64,000 nt of DNA from Thermodesulfobacteriota bacterium. GTDB taxonomy: Bacteria; Desulfobacterota_D; UBA1144; Nemesobacterales; UBA2774. The notes beneath the pieces are model-generated. The model searched no databases, was not told the DNA's origin, and saw only the letters and a list, made by a program, of their open reading frames with translations. The stretch covers positions 32,001 to 96,000 of the forward strand of contig OY729416.1 of assembly GCA_963422265.1 (NCBI GenBank), read 5' to 3'. The translations under genes were made by a program, and so were the position numbers. Positions 9,301 to 18,460 of this stretch are shown here, one piece after another. Numbering within the stretch: the first letter of the stretch is position 1; every line of letters begins with the position of its first letter.

Positions 9301-10343
9301 AACGTTACCTGTGATATGCCTGCTGTCGCTGTAAATCCCTGAGGCGCGGGGGTTGGCCCTGGCGTGGGTGTTTCTGCTGGAGTCGCCGTGACGCGCGAGG
9401 ACTCCTCTCCTATAACATCGCCGTCTACTATAACGCGGATGTAGAAGCTATACCTTACGTCGTTGGGCAGATACTTCACCGTGTAATCGGTCGTGTCCTT
9501 ATTACTCCCCGGAATGTCAGTCCAGATTTTGTATTTGCCATTATCGCCCCACCATCTGACCTGATACTTCGTGATGCGGGGGTTATTAGGATTATCCCAG
9601 TTCAACTTTACATTTGACATGTCTGCTGTTGCTGTAACTCCTTGAGGCGCGCCCGGACTTGTTGTTGGTATTGTTGGCGTCGCCGTGACGCGCGAGGACT
9701 CCTCTCCTATTCCTATAGCATCGCCTTCTACTATAGCACGGATGTAGAAGCTATACCTTACGCCGTTGATCAGTCCCCTCACAGTGTAAGAGGTTGTGTC
9801 CTTATCACTCCCCGGAATTTTAGTCCAGACCCTGTATTCGCCATTATCGCCCCACAACCTGATCTGATAGCTCGTGATGTCGGAGTCATTAGGATTATCC
9901 CAGTTCAACTTTACCTGTGATCTTTCCGCTGTCGCTGTAACTCCCTGAGGCGCGACCGGGGCTGTTGGCGTCGCCGTGACGCGCGAGGACGACTCTCCTA
10001 TAGCATAGCCGTCTGCTATAGCGCGGATGTAGAAGCTATGCCTTACGCCGCTGATCAGCCCCCTCACAGTGTAAGAGGTTGTGTCCTTATCACTCCCCGG
10101 AATTTTAGTCCAGACCCTGTATTTGCCATTATCGCCCCACCACCTGATCTGATAGCTCGTGATGTCGTAGTTATTAGGATTATCCCAGTTCAACGTTACC
10201 TGTGATCTTCCCGCTGTCGCTGTAACTCCCTGAGGCGCGACCGGGATTGTCTCCTGCGCCCTAGAGTGAGTTGATAAGCCAATTGTGAGTGAAAGAACCC
10301 CTAATAGGATGGGGAAAGATATACTAGATACTTGGATATTCAT
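6384..10343 (-). CDS. Surface protein: signal peptide, 10 fibronectin type III modules, GGAI beta-helix domain, C-terminal GC-TM-basic sorting signal
   Basis: Repeated P.AP..(V/L)TAT...V.L.W..P...I..Y...W...YTV.GL.NG..Y.F..RA; GGGAILN, GGAIKN and GGGIYN repeats; ends GGGRGCSL-hydrophobic-RICSRLR. Confidence 0.9.
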   Translation of the reverse strand: MNIQVSSISFPILLGVLSLTIGLSTHSRAQETIPVAPQGVTATAGRSQVTLNWDNPNNYDITSYQIRWWGDNGKYRVWTKIPGSDKDTTSYTVRGLISGVRHSFYIRAIADGYAIGESSSRVTATPTAPVAPQGVTATAERSQVKLNWDNPNDSDITSYQIRLWGDNGEYRVWTKIPGSDKDTTSYTVRGLINGVRYSFYIRAIVEGDAIGIGEESSRVTATPTIPTTSPGAPQGVTATADMSNVKLNWDNPNNPRITKYQVRWWGDNGKYKIWTDIPGSNKDTTDYTVKYLPNDVRYSFYIRVIVDGDVIGEESSRVTATPAETPTPGPTPAPQGFTATAGISQVTLKWDNPNNPNITEYQVKRWTPYNQAYKAWTKMPNSGADTVLYTERFLRNGTLYRFQVRAVVGNIPGQESAIITVTPGDQVPSSPANLTVTPGDRAPGSPAHLTGTPGDGQVELSWSNPNNPNITKYQFKWWGHNGKDKAWTDIPGSDKDTTDYTVSGLTNGVSHDFYIRAIVGEVVGEESSRITVMPTTGVPELAPGAPQGVTATPGISQVTLSWDNPNNPNITEYQVKRWTPISGAYKDWTNMPGSDKDTTDYTERFLRNRTLYRFQVRAMAGNVEGKPSVVITGIPGPGRPSNLTGIPGDGKVELSWSNPSNPNITKYEVRWWGYNNKYKDWTDIPNSDKDTTSYTVIGLTNGVSHNLYIRAIVGDIVGDSSSRITVMPTTGVPELAPGAPQGVKATAGISQVTLSWDKPNNTNITKYQVRWWGYNNKYMVWTDIPNSDKDTTSYTVIGLTNGVSHNLYIRAIVGDIVGDSSLRVTATPEDPHNTDTIEAPEKPQALTATVGDGEVNLSWDDPLNSDITKYQFKWWVPTDTSKYRVWTDIPNSGQFTDSYTVSGLTNEVEHYFRIRAIAGNVLGAQTDPVTATPEDPHNRIEFNDTDTIEAPGAPANLTTTVGDGEVNLSWNDPLNSDITKYQFKWWVPTDTSKSSDWTDIPNSGQFTDSYTVSGLTNEVEHHFQIRAIAGNIVGTPSDPVIATPEDPHNIIEFNDAEGSAVKQGGDDYDNKDTTSTSQKIVLEKGRTYKFSKAETTLFDPTSDSALSSIGRGEKEEGKSALLEIPNGVKIKIEGNGAIIERDADLGCDDDSAKKFRIFSVAEGGILYIENATIRGGCVEGGGGAILNRGELELKGVTLRDNKASENGGAIKNVEGGIVTLSSTTITNNFASSGGGIYNDGCSTVNVEGMDTSIEENEGGDCEGCDSESCGGGRGCSLIGAEGKGEGAGVLALLLLLVALIPAVRICSRLRVGSSNSPLF

Positions 10344-10532
10344 TGCTTGTCTCCCTAATATGTATATAAGTACTTCTACACAATAAATATGGGACGATCA
10401 AGTAGTTTTTCCCTTTAACTTTATAAATAGCTACAGATTTTCTTCCAACAGTCTGTTCCACGCTTTGGAAATTAAAGATGAATATCACCAATGAAATGGT
10501 CGGTAGTGACGAGTTGAGTGATATGTCTAAAT

Positions 10533-10790
10533 CGTCATTTCTGTGAAAGCACGTACCTGTATGTATTAAGCGAGGGCAGGGGTGTCCAGGGGGTATGTGT
10601 AAAGGGAAGTCTGAATTGTTCCCTGCTTTTGTGGTTGCCCTGAGGTATGGTGGAGATGGGTAACCACAAGGGTTACCCCTACAGGTGATGGAAAGGGTGG
10701 GAATGATGGAGAAGCACCCTCACCCTGTATCCCTCTCCCAGTAGGGAGAGGGGAATATAAAGAAACTTGATTGGGAAGGGTTACCCCTAC
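10533..10790. repeat. Composite palindromic island (copy of 6142-6386)
   Basis: Near-identical to 6142-6386, preceded by CGTCATTTCTG. Confidence 0.8.
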
Positions 10791-13700
10791 AACAAGGGGC
10801 TGCTGCTTGAACCTACCCTCAACCTACTACAAATACGAACTGCGGGGATGAGTGCTACTAACAGCAATAGAAGAGCTAAAACCCCAGCGCCTTCACCCTT
10901 TCCTTCTGCACCAATAAGAGAGCATCCCCTGCCTCCTCCGCAACTTTCAGAATCACATCCCTCACAGTCTCCCCCTCCATTCTCTTCTATACTCGTATCC
11001 ATGTCCTCTACGTTGACGGTTGAACATCCATCGTTGTATATGCCTCCCCCTGAAGATGCAAAGTTGTTAGTTATAGTCGTAGATGACAGAGTTACTATTC
11101 CCCCCTCCACGTTCTTTATCGCTCCGCCGTTCTCCGACGCTTTGTTATCTCTCAACGTAACGCCCTTTAGCTCTAGCTCACCTCTATTCAGTATAGCTCC
11201 GCCCCCACCTTCTACACACCCGCCTCTGATTGTCGCATTTTCAATATATAGGATACCACCCTCGGCTACTGAAAATATACGGAACTTCTTTGCACTATCA
11301 TCATCGCAGCCTAAATCTGCGTCCCGCTCTATTATGGCTCCATTGCCCTCTATCTTTATTTTCACTCCATTTGGTATTTCTAGCAACGCGCTCTTACCTT
11401 CTTCCTTTTCTCCTCTCCCGATACTGCTGAGGGCAGAGTCGGACGTTGGGTCAAATAAAGTCGTCTCTGCCTTGCTGAACTTATACGTTCTCCCTTCTTC
11501 TAACACAATTTTTTGTGATGTAGAAGTCGTGTCCTTATTATCATAATCATCACCGCCCTGTTTTACTGCAGAACCTTCAGCGTCATTAAACTCAATTATG
11601 TTGTGAGGATCCTCAGGTGTTGCTATGACTGGGTCAGACGGTGTTCCTACAATGTTGCCAGCAATCGCGCGGATTTGGAAGTGATGTTCGACTTCGTTGG
11701 TCAGCCCACTCACGGTGTAAGAAGTCGTGAATTGTTCATTGCTCGGAATGTCAGTCCAGTCTGAGGATTTGCTAGCGTCAGTGGGGACCCACCACTTGAA
11801 CTGATACTTCGTGATGTCGGAGTTAAGAGGATCATTCCATGACAAGGTCACCTCACCATCGCCCACTGTTGTCGTAAGTCCTTGGGGCTTTTCTGGAGCT
11901 TCAATAGTATCGGTGTCAATAAACTCAATTATGTTGTGAGGATCCTCAGGTGTTGCTGTGACTGGGTCGGTCTGTGTTCCTAGAAGGTTGCCAGCAATCG
12001 CGCGGATGCGGAAGTAATGTTCGACTTCGTTGGTCAGCCCTATCACCGTGTGAGAAGTCGTGAATTGTCCACTGTTCGGAATGTCAGTCCAGACCCTGTA
12101 TTTGCTAGTGTCAGTGGGGACCCACCACTTGAACTGATACTTCGTGATGTCAGAGTTAAGAGGATCATCCCATGACAAGGTTACCTCACCATCGCCCACT
12201 GTTGCCGTAAGTGCTTGGGGCTTTTCTGGAGCTTCAATAGTATCGGTGTTGTGAGGATCCTCAGGTGTCGCTGTGACTCGCAGGGATGAATCTCCTACAA
12301 CCTCGCCGACTATAGCGCGGATGTAGAGATTATGCCTTACGCCGTTGGTCAGCCCACTCACCGTGTAAGCGGTCGTGTCCTTATCACTGTTTGGAATGTC
12401 AGTCCAGACCATGTATTTGTTATTATAGCCCCACCACCTTACCTCATACTTCGTGATGTCGGGGTTACTAGGCTTATCCCATGACAACGTTACCTCACTA
12501 TTGCCCGGCGTTGCCGTAAGGTTTGCAGGAGCACCTGGGGCTAGCTCTGGCGCTCCCGTTGTTGGCATTACCGTGATGCGCCGGGACGAATCTCCTACAA
12601 CCTCGCCGACTATAGCGCGGATGTAGAGATTATGGCTTACGCCGTTGGTCAGCCCACTCACCGTGTAAGAAGTCGTGTCCTTATCACTCCCCGGAATTTC
12701 AGTCCAGACCATGTATTTGTTATTATAGCCCCACCACCTTACCTCATACTTCGTGATGTCGGGGTTACTAGGCTTATCCCATGATAGCTCCACCTTGCCG
12801 TCCCCCGGTATCCCCGTAAGATTTGAGGGCCTGCTCGGGACCTGATCCCCCGGTGTCACCGTAAGATTTGCAGGACTGCTCGGGACCTGATCCCCCGGTA
12901 TCCCCGTAACGATAGCGGATTCCTGTCCCGGAATGTTGCCAACGACTGCACGAACTTGGAAGCGATAGAGGGTACCGTTGTCTAGAAATCGCTCCGTGTA
13001 AAGGACCGTGTCTGCTCCACTGTTTGGCATGTTGGTCCAGGTCTTGTATGCGTGGTTATATGGAGTCCACCGCTTGACCTGATACTTCGTGATGTCGGGG
13101 TTATTAGGATTACTCCATTTCAACGTTACCTGTGATTCTCCTGGTGTTGCTGTAACTCCCTGAGGCGCGGGGATTGGCCCTGGCACGGGTGTTGTTGCTG
13201 GCGTCGCCGTGACGCGCGAGGACTCCTCTCCTATAGCATAGCCGTTTACTATAACGCGGATGTAGAAGCTATACCTTACGTCGTTGGGCAGATACCTCAC
13301 CGTGTGAGACGTCGTGAATTGTCCACTGTTCGGAATGTCAGTCCAGGTTTTGTATTTGCCATTATCACCCCACCATCTGACCTGATACTTCATGATGCGG
13401 GGGTTATTAGGATTAGCCCAGTTCAACGTTACCTGTGATATGTTTACTGTCGCTGTAACTCCTTGAGGCGCGCCCGGAATTGTTGTTGTTGTTGGTGTTG
13501 TTGGCGTCGCCGTGACGCGCGAGGACTCCTCTCCTATAGCATCGCCGACTATAGCGCGGATGTAGAAGCTATGCTTTTTGCCGTTGATCAGCCCACTCAC
13601 CGTGTAATCGGTTGTGTCCTTATGACTCCCAGGAATGTCAGTCCAGACTCTGTATTCACCATTATCATTGCCCCACCACCTTACCTGATACTTCGTGATG

Positions 13701-13879
13701 TCGGAGTTATTAGGATTAGCCCAGTTCAACGTTACCTGTGATCTTCCCGCTGCCGCTCTAACTTCCTGAGGCGCGCCCGGGACTGTCTCCTGCGCCCTAG
13801 AGTGAGTTGATAAGCCAATTGTGAGTGAAAGAATCCCTAATAGGATGGAGAAAGACATACTAGATACTTGGATATTCAT
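10787..13879 (-). CDS. Paralogous surface protein: 7 FN3 modules, GGAI beta-helix and C-terminal sorting signal
   Basis: Same architecture as 6384-10343. The C-terminal ~290 aa are almost identical; the protein is 289 aa (about 3 modules) shorter. Confidence 0.9.
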   Translation of the reverse strand: MNIQVSSMSFSILLGILSLTIGLSTHSRAQETVPGAPQEVRAAAGRSQVTLNWANPNNSDITKYQVRWWGNDNGEYRVWTDIPGSHKDTTDYTVSGLINGKKHSFYIRAIVGDAIGEESSRVTATPTTPTTTTIPGAPQGVTATVNISQVTLNWANPNNPRIMKYQVRWWGDNGKYKTWTDIPNSGQFTTSHTVRYLPNDVRYSFYIRVIVNGYAIGEESSRVTATPATTPVPGPIPAPQGVTATPGESQVTLKWSNPNNPDITKYQVKRWTPYNHAYKTWTNMPNSGADTVLYTERFLDNGTLYRFQVRAVVGNIPGQESAIVTGIPGDQVPSSPANLTVTPGDQVPSRPSNLTGIPGDGKVELSWDKPSNPDITKYEVRWWGYNNKYMVWTEIPGSDKDTTSYTVSGLTNGVSHNLYIRAIVGEVVGDSSRRITVMPTTGAPELAPGAPANLTATPGNSEVTLSWDKPSNPDITKYEVRWWGYNNKYMVWTDIPNSDKDTTAYTVSGLTNGVRHNLYIRAIVGEVVGDSSLRVTATPEDPHNTDTIEAPEKPQALTATVGDGEVTLSWDDPLNSDITKYQFKWWVPTDTSKYRVWTDIPNSGQFTTSHTVIGLTNEVEHYFRIRAIAGNLLGTQTDPVTATPEDPHNIIEFIDTDTIEAPEKPQGLTTTVGDGEVTLSWNDPLNSDITKYQFKWWVPTDASKSSDWTDIPSNEQFTTSYTVSGLTNEVEHHFQIRAIAGNIVGTPSDPVIATPEDPHNIIEFNDAEGSAVKQGGDDYDNKDTTSTSQKIVLEEGRTYKFSKAETTLFDPTSDSALSSIGRGEKEEGKSALLEIPNGVKIKIEGNGAIIERDADLGCDDDSAKKFRIFSVAEGGILYIENATIRGGCVEGGGGAILNRGELELKGVTLRDNKASENGGAIKNVEGGIVTLSSTTITNNFASSGGGIYNDGCSTVNVEDMDTSIEENGGGDCEGCDSESCGGGRGCSLIGAEGKGEGAGVLALLLLLVALIPAVRICSRLRVGSSSSPLL

Positions 13880-14075
13880 TTCTTGTCTCCTTAATATGTA
13901 TATATAGTTAAGTACTTCTACACAATAAATATGGGATGATCAAGTAGTTTTCCCCTTTAACTTTATAAATAGCTACAGATTTTCTTCCAACAGTCTGTTC
14001 CACGCTTTGGAAATTAAAGATGAATATCACCAATGAAGTGGTCGGTAGTGACGAGTTGAGTGATATGTCTAAATC

Positions 14076-14280
14076 GTCATTTCTGTGAAAGCACGTTCCT
14101 GTATGTATTAAGCAAGGGCAGGAATCCAGAGGGGATGGAGAGAGGAAAGGAAGTGATTATCGTTCCCCGACCCTCTTTCTGGATTCCCGCCCGGTGACGG
14201 GAATGACGGGGGGGGGGGTAGGGTAGGGGCGACACTTGTGGTCACCCTGAGCTGTGGTTGTTATGTGGGTACCCCTACAC
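14076..14280. repeat. Composite palindromic island with G11 run
   Basis: CGTCATTTCTG...GGAATCCAG and CTGGATTCCC...GGGAATGACG form an inverted pair; G run at 14208-14218; then GTAGGGGCGAC...CCCCTAC. Confidence 0.8.
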
Positions 14281-14281
14281 G

Positions 14282-15025
14282 TCATTTGTCGTGCGCAAAA
14301 TGCAGCCCGCATTCCTTGTTGGCTTCCTTTTCCCACCACCAGCGACCCGACCTCGGATCCTGTCCGGGCTCAACTGCCCGCGTGCATGGGGCACACCCGA
14401 TGCTGGGGTAACCAAGGTCGTGAAGTTTATTGTAAGGCACCTTGTTTTTCCTTACATAATCCCATATCTGCTCGGAAGACCAATCGACAATTGGGTTTAT
14501 CTTTAGTATTCCGCCGTGGAGCTCGTCCATCTCGAATTTCATTGCACTTGTTCTGTTCTCGGTCTGATCCCTTCTTATTGAGGTAATCCATGCGTCTAGC
14601 CCTACAAGGTATCTATTGAGGGGCTTTACCTTACGAACTTCGCAGCACAAGATTCTATTTTGTCTGCCCTTGTAAAAGAGGTTGATTCCGTGGTCGTTTA
14701 CCATCCTTTCAACTTCGTTCTTGTTCGGAAATAGGATTTCTATCCTAGTGTCGTAGGCACTACGAATACGGTCCATCACGTCGTAAGTTTCTTGATTTAG
14801 CCTTCCTGTGTCGAGCGTAAAGATGGGTATAGCATCCGTAGGTGCTTGGTCGGGATCGGGGTTGCGGCGAACGTTCATAAGCATATCTATAAGGACTACT
14901 CCCTGTGACTGAAAGCTGGTCGCGAGTGCGACCCTCAGCCGCAGTGGCGAACGCGCTTTGTCGTAAGCCCACCTAAGAATCTCCTCGGGACCGCTCTTTT
15001 CAAACCTACTGTTTAACTCATTCAC
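14282..15025 (-). CDS. cysH: APS/PAPS reductase (start may be ATT at 15100)
   Basis: LDTG, CC.VRKV.PL, GYPSIGCAPCT, RSGRW and ECGLH. The CC and CxxC pairs indicate the Fe-S (APS reductase) type. Confidence 0.92.
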   Translation of the reverse strand: MNELNSRFEKSGPEEILRWAYDKARSPLRLRVALATSFQSQGVVLIDMLMNVRRNPDPDQAPTDAIPIFTLDTGRLNQETYDVMDRIRSAYDTRIEILFPNKNEVERMVNDHGINLFYKGRQNRILCCEVRKVKPLNRYLVGLDAWITSIRRDQTENRTSAMKFEMDELHGGILKINPIVDWSSEQIWDYVRKNKVPYNKLHDLGYPSIGCAPCTRAVEPGQDPRSGRWWWEKEANKECGLHFAHDK

Positions 15026-15242
15026 CTGCGCGGCGGAAAATTTCGGTCTAGTTTCGTTGACGTTCAGTGATTCTTGATCATCGTTGCTTGAAAGATTAAT
15101 TGTTTGGTGCCTCCTTCTTAATTAGATGGAAACTCGCTCTTAATGTTATCTCCTTGTCGGGGGCTTGGGAGAGATGCCCTCAATCATTCCCGCCCCCTCG
15201 CTTAATAAACCTGCACCTACGCGTCTGCAGCATGCGAATAAA

Positions 15243-16256
15243 TTAAAAGCCTACGCTCTTACTTATAATCGCACCTACGTTGTAATCAAAATATAGAGAC
15301 GACAAACCATACCCCATAGCCACGGCTATGAAAGGTATTACGATCCAGAAGAACGCTATACGCACAACATGGCGATTGCGCGCCGTTGCCGCAAATCCAT
15401 TCTGAGCGCATGAGAACCCTATTATGCCAGAGGTAACTATTTCTGCTATTGAAACGGGAATGCCTGAGAAAGAGGCGACGAGGATAAGAGCAGCCCCCGT
15501 AAATTCAACCGAGACGGCTCTTATAATGCAAATCTCAGTGATCTCCTTGCCCACCGTCTCAAGCACCCTGCCCCCGAACAGCAGCGCCCCTACGCCCATA
15601 GCCAACCCGGCTAAGACAGCTCCGTCAAAAGAGCTAATGAGCCCAAGACCAACAATCGGTCCAATGGCGTTCGCTGAATTATTAGCCCCTGCCGAGAAGG
15701 CGAGAAAAGAGCCAGAGATGGTAATCATAACAATTAATATCCTATTGATGCTGGCTTCCTGATAACGGTCCGAGAGAAACTTGAGCGTCTTGAAATACAA
15801 GAATCTAGCGACGAGATAATTGATTACCCAGGCGAGGGCTGGCGCCGCAACCCACCAGATGATTATTTCAGTAAACTTCCCCGTGTTCAACGATCCCGCG
15901 TAAAGCCCTACGCCCGCTATGGCGCAGACTATGGCGTGCGTAGTGGCTATTGGCACACGCGCCACGTTCGCCCACGATACGAAAATTATCGCTATTACGA
16001 AAATAATTAAAACCAAGCCTACGTGAGACGATAGTATTTCACTCGGAACAAGTCCCTTGCCAAGGGTGCGCACTACGGGGGCGCCTGCTATTATTGCCCC
16101 CAGCAAAGCGAAAACGGCTATTATTACCGTAGCTTGACGTTTGGTTCGGACACCGGCTCCATAGGCGGTAGCCATTGAGGCGGCTGAATTATTAGCCCCT
16201 ATGTTAAGGGCGAGAAACGCTGCGAGCGCTATTGAAATTGGAAGTATAAGTTCCAA
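15243..16256 (-). CDS. PiT-family anion transporter, probably a CysP-like sulfate permease
   Basis: Two GANN motifs, multiple TM helices, adjacent to and co-oriented with cysH. Confidence 0.8.
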   Translation of the reverse strand: MELILPISIALAAFLALNIGANNSAASMATAYGAGVRTKRQATVIIAVFALLGAIIAGAPVVRTLGKGLVPSEILSSHVGLVLIIFVIAIIFVSWANVARVPIATTHAIVCAIAGVGLYAGSLNTGKFTEIIIWWVAAPALAWVINYLVARFLYFKTLKFLSDRYQEASINRILIVMITISGSFLAFSAGANNSANAIGPIVGLGLISSFDGAVLAGLAMGVGALLFGGRVLETVGKEITEICIIRAVSVEFTGAALILVASFSGIPVSIAEIVTSGIIGFSCAQNGFAATARNRHVVRIAFFWIVIPFIAVAMGYGLSSLYFDYNVGAIISKSVGF

Positions 16257-16268
16257 GTCTTAATCTCC

Positions 16269-16700
16269 TCACTGCAACTTTCTATCTTCCACGTCCTCCG
16301 TAGCCTCGAATGGAATCGGAGAGGCTTGGTGTATGACCATAAGCCATCCCGACTCAGTGCGCTCAAATATGTTAGTTGATATAGAGACGTTCATCATCAT
16401 AGGCTCCCTTTTTATGTAAATAATCTCCTGAACGCAGGTTACCCATGCGGAGTCGCCTACTATATCAACTGTTAGATTATGGAGCCTTACGTCCAACGTA
16501 TCCTTTGGGTCAAATACATTTTCCCAGCTTTGCATAATAGCGTCCCAGCCCTCAAGCATAATCCATCCCGGGTGAGTGCATCCGGCTCTCTTATTCTGGA
16601 CGAATACTGTTCGCATTAGCTCAATATCTCTACTGCCCAAGGCTTCGTAAAACCTGTTATTAACTTCTAAAATCTGTTTTTCATCTGAGTTCATAGTCAC
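16269..16700 (-). CDS. NTF2/SnoaL-like domain protein
   Basis: N.RFYEAL...D, C.HPGW..L.G and TNIFE....W.MV.H.AS. Confidence 0.85.
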   Translation of the reverse strand: MTMNSDEKQILEVNNRFYEALGSRDIELMRTVFVQNKRAGCTHPGWIMLEGWDAIMQSWENVFDPKDTLDVRLHNLTVDIVGDSAWVTCVQEIIYIKREPMMMNVSISTNIFERTESGWLMVIHQASPIPFEATEDVEDRKLQ

Positions 16701-16795
16701 TTTAATTCTTCCTGTTGCTTATTGTCAAAATGGCGCAGACGGCAATAGCGGGTTTTAGAGCCAGTCGCCCAAAGTGCGACGGCTTATCATACTTC

Positions 16796-18442
16796 TCACC
16801 TGAAAACTTCTATCACACGGTTAAGTGAACTCAATATATCGCCCTTGACGCGAGATACATCGTTATAGATAGCCAGAGCCATTATACAAATTAGAATTGC
16901 GAATCCTATACGCTGACTCGTGTTGAGTATCCTTGCACTAAGGGGTTTTCGCCTAATCGCTTCTATTGTCAGATAGACGACGTGCCCGCCATCTAGCATA
17001 GGTATGGGAAAAAGGTTTATTATTGCGAGATTGATGCTTATAAAGCAGGTAAACTGGAGAAGCATGGCAATTCCACTCTCAGCTGCCGAGCCCGACACCT
17101 TTGCTATCAGTATCGGCCCAGCGAGGCTTTTACCTGCCGCGCCAAGCGCAATTTTTCCTGTAATCAGTTTATAGAGGAATCCGAATAAAAGAGTCGTCAC
17201 TTCTATTATCATGCCGAGCGCCCCCTTTACCCCGTTCACGATAGACTCGAAAAAGCCGTATTTCTTAAGCGTTTCTTCTTTGTAAACCTGTATTCCTATC
17301 GCTCCTTTGCCCCCTTCTCCGCGAGGCTCAGGGGTTATCTGCACGTCAAACGTTTCAATTCCCCGCCCAGAAGCCTGCCCCCCACTGGATTGGGGGTCGG
17401 TGATATGCTCTCTCTCTATTCCCATGATCAACTGATTGCTGGCGTTGCGTCTGATTACCGAAGACATGTGGCTCCAGTCGGAAATCGGCTCTCCGTCTAT
17501 CGCCACTATTCTATCTCCTCTTTTAATTCCGGCTTTGTCCGCCGGCGTGTCGGTTATAACCCCTCCGACCCTGGCTTCAGTTGCCTCTCCGAATCCTGCG
17601 ACTACAATTCCTTCAGGTGAAGCCGCCGCTTTGAGCTCCAGCCTTTGGGTTTCACCTTCTCTCTCTATTAACACGCTGACGATCGCGTCTATATTGGTCT
17701 GTAACTCCAAATTCACTTCTTTCCACGTAGAGACTTCCCTGCCGTCAATCTCAAGCACCTTGTCTCCCTTTAGAAAGCCAGCCTTATCGGCGGATGACTT
17801 AGGGGTTATGTATCCGATTACCGGTGATTGCTCAAGATAAGCGGGCACTGCGATGCCTAACATGAAAACGATCGGCAGGAAAACAAATGGCAAGAGAAAG
17901 TTCATAAAAGGACCCGCCAATACTATCAAAAACCTTTTTATAATAGACTGATTAGAGAAACTTCTTGGATATTCTATTTCTGAGTAGTTTTGCGCTCCGT
18001 TGAGATTCAGAGGTAAGGTGCTTAGGGTGAACCGCTTGCCGTCTCTATCAATTGTGAATTTGCATTTACTTTCTGGCTCCTTGTCCAGAATGGCTTTTAC
18101 ATTACTCCACTTGTCAATGTGTTCTATCTCTACGTCTTCTATGTTGACAATTCTGTCGCCTGAGCGGAATCCAACCTTTTCTGCGTTTGATCCGGGTTCT
18201 ACCGAATCTACGATAACTCCTCCCTCGCCCCCCTCGCCATACATTTTTACGTATCCCCCCAGCGGTAACATACAGATAATGTATTCCGTCTCGCCTCTGG
18301 TGATCCCCAGTAGCTTTTTCCCAAAGCCGAGTGAGAACTTTTCTACCCTCACACCACTCCATTTCGCTACTAGGAAGTGTCCTAACTCGTGTACAAATAC
18401 TAAAATTGCTATGACAAAAATAAATGCTATTATCGCGGTCAC
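16796..18442 (-). CDS. rseP: RIP metalloprotease RseP with three PDZ-like domains
   Basis: HELGH, PLGGYVKM, AGP..N and NLFPIP.LDGG; located next to dxr. Confidence 0.93.
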   Translation of the reverse strand: MTAIIAFIFVIAILVFVHELGHFLVAKWSGVRVEKFSLGFGKKLLGITRGETEYIICMLPLGGYVKMYGEGGEGGVIVDSVEPGSNAEKVGFRSGDRIVNIEDVEIEHIDKWSNVKAILDKEPESKCKFTIDRDGKRFTLSTLPLNLNGAQNYSEIEYPRSFSNQSIIKRFLIVLAGPFMNFLLPFVFLPIVFMLGIAVPAYLEQSPVIGYITPKSSADKAGFLKGDKVLEIDGREVSTWKEVNLELQTNIDAIVSVLIEREGETQRLELKAAASPEGIVVAGFGEATEARVGGVITDTPADKAGIKRGDRIVAIDGEPISDWSHMSSVIRRNASNQLIMGIEREHITDPQSSGGQASGRGIETFDVQITPEPRGEGGKGAIGIQVYKEETLKKYGFFESIVNGVKGALGMIIEVTTLLFGFLYKLITGKIALGAAGKSLAGPILIAKVSGSAAESGIAMLLQFTCFISINLAIINLFPIPMLDGGHVVYLTIEAIRRKPLSARILNTSQRIGFAILICIMALAIYNDVSRVKGDILSSLNRVIEVFR

Positions 18443-18460
18443 TTAACTCCTCCTACAATA

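Larger units (their letters stand above)
6142..14122. repeat. Tandem segmental duplication (units 6142-10543 and 10544-14085) bounded by three copies of a ~37-bp motif
   Basis: TGAAAGCACGT(T/A)CCTGTATGTATTAAGC(G/A)AGGGCAGG occurs at 6142, 10544 and 14086. The repeat block, gene 3' end and ~200-bp upstream region are near-identical between the two units. Confidence 0.9.

Noticed and set aside
6400-11546. Long plus-strand ORFs 6400-7143 and 10767-11546
   Set aside because: Antisense shadows of the FN3 genes; their similarity to each other just reflects the duplication.
6384-13879. Diversity-generating retroelement or shufflon behind the FN3 variation
   Set aside because: No reverse transcriptase or recombinase in the window, no non-coding template copy, and the differences are not restricted to adenines.
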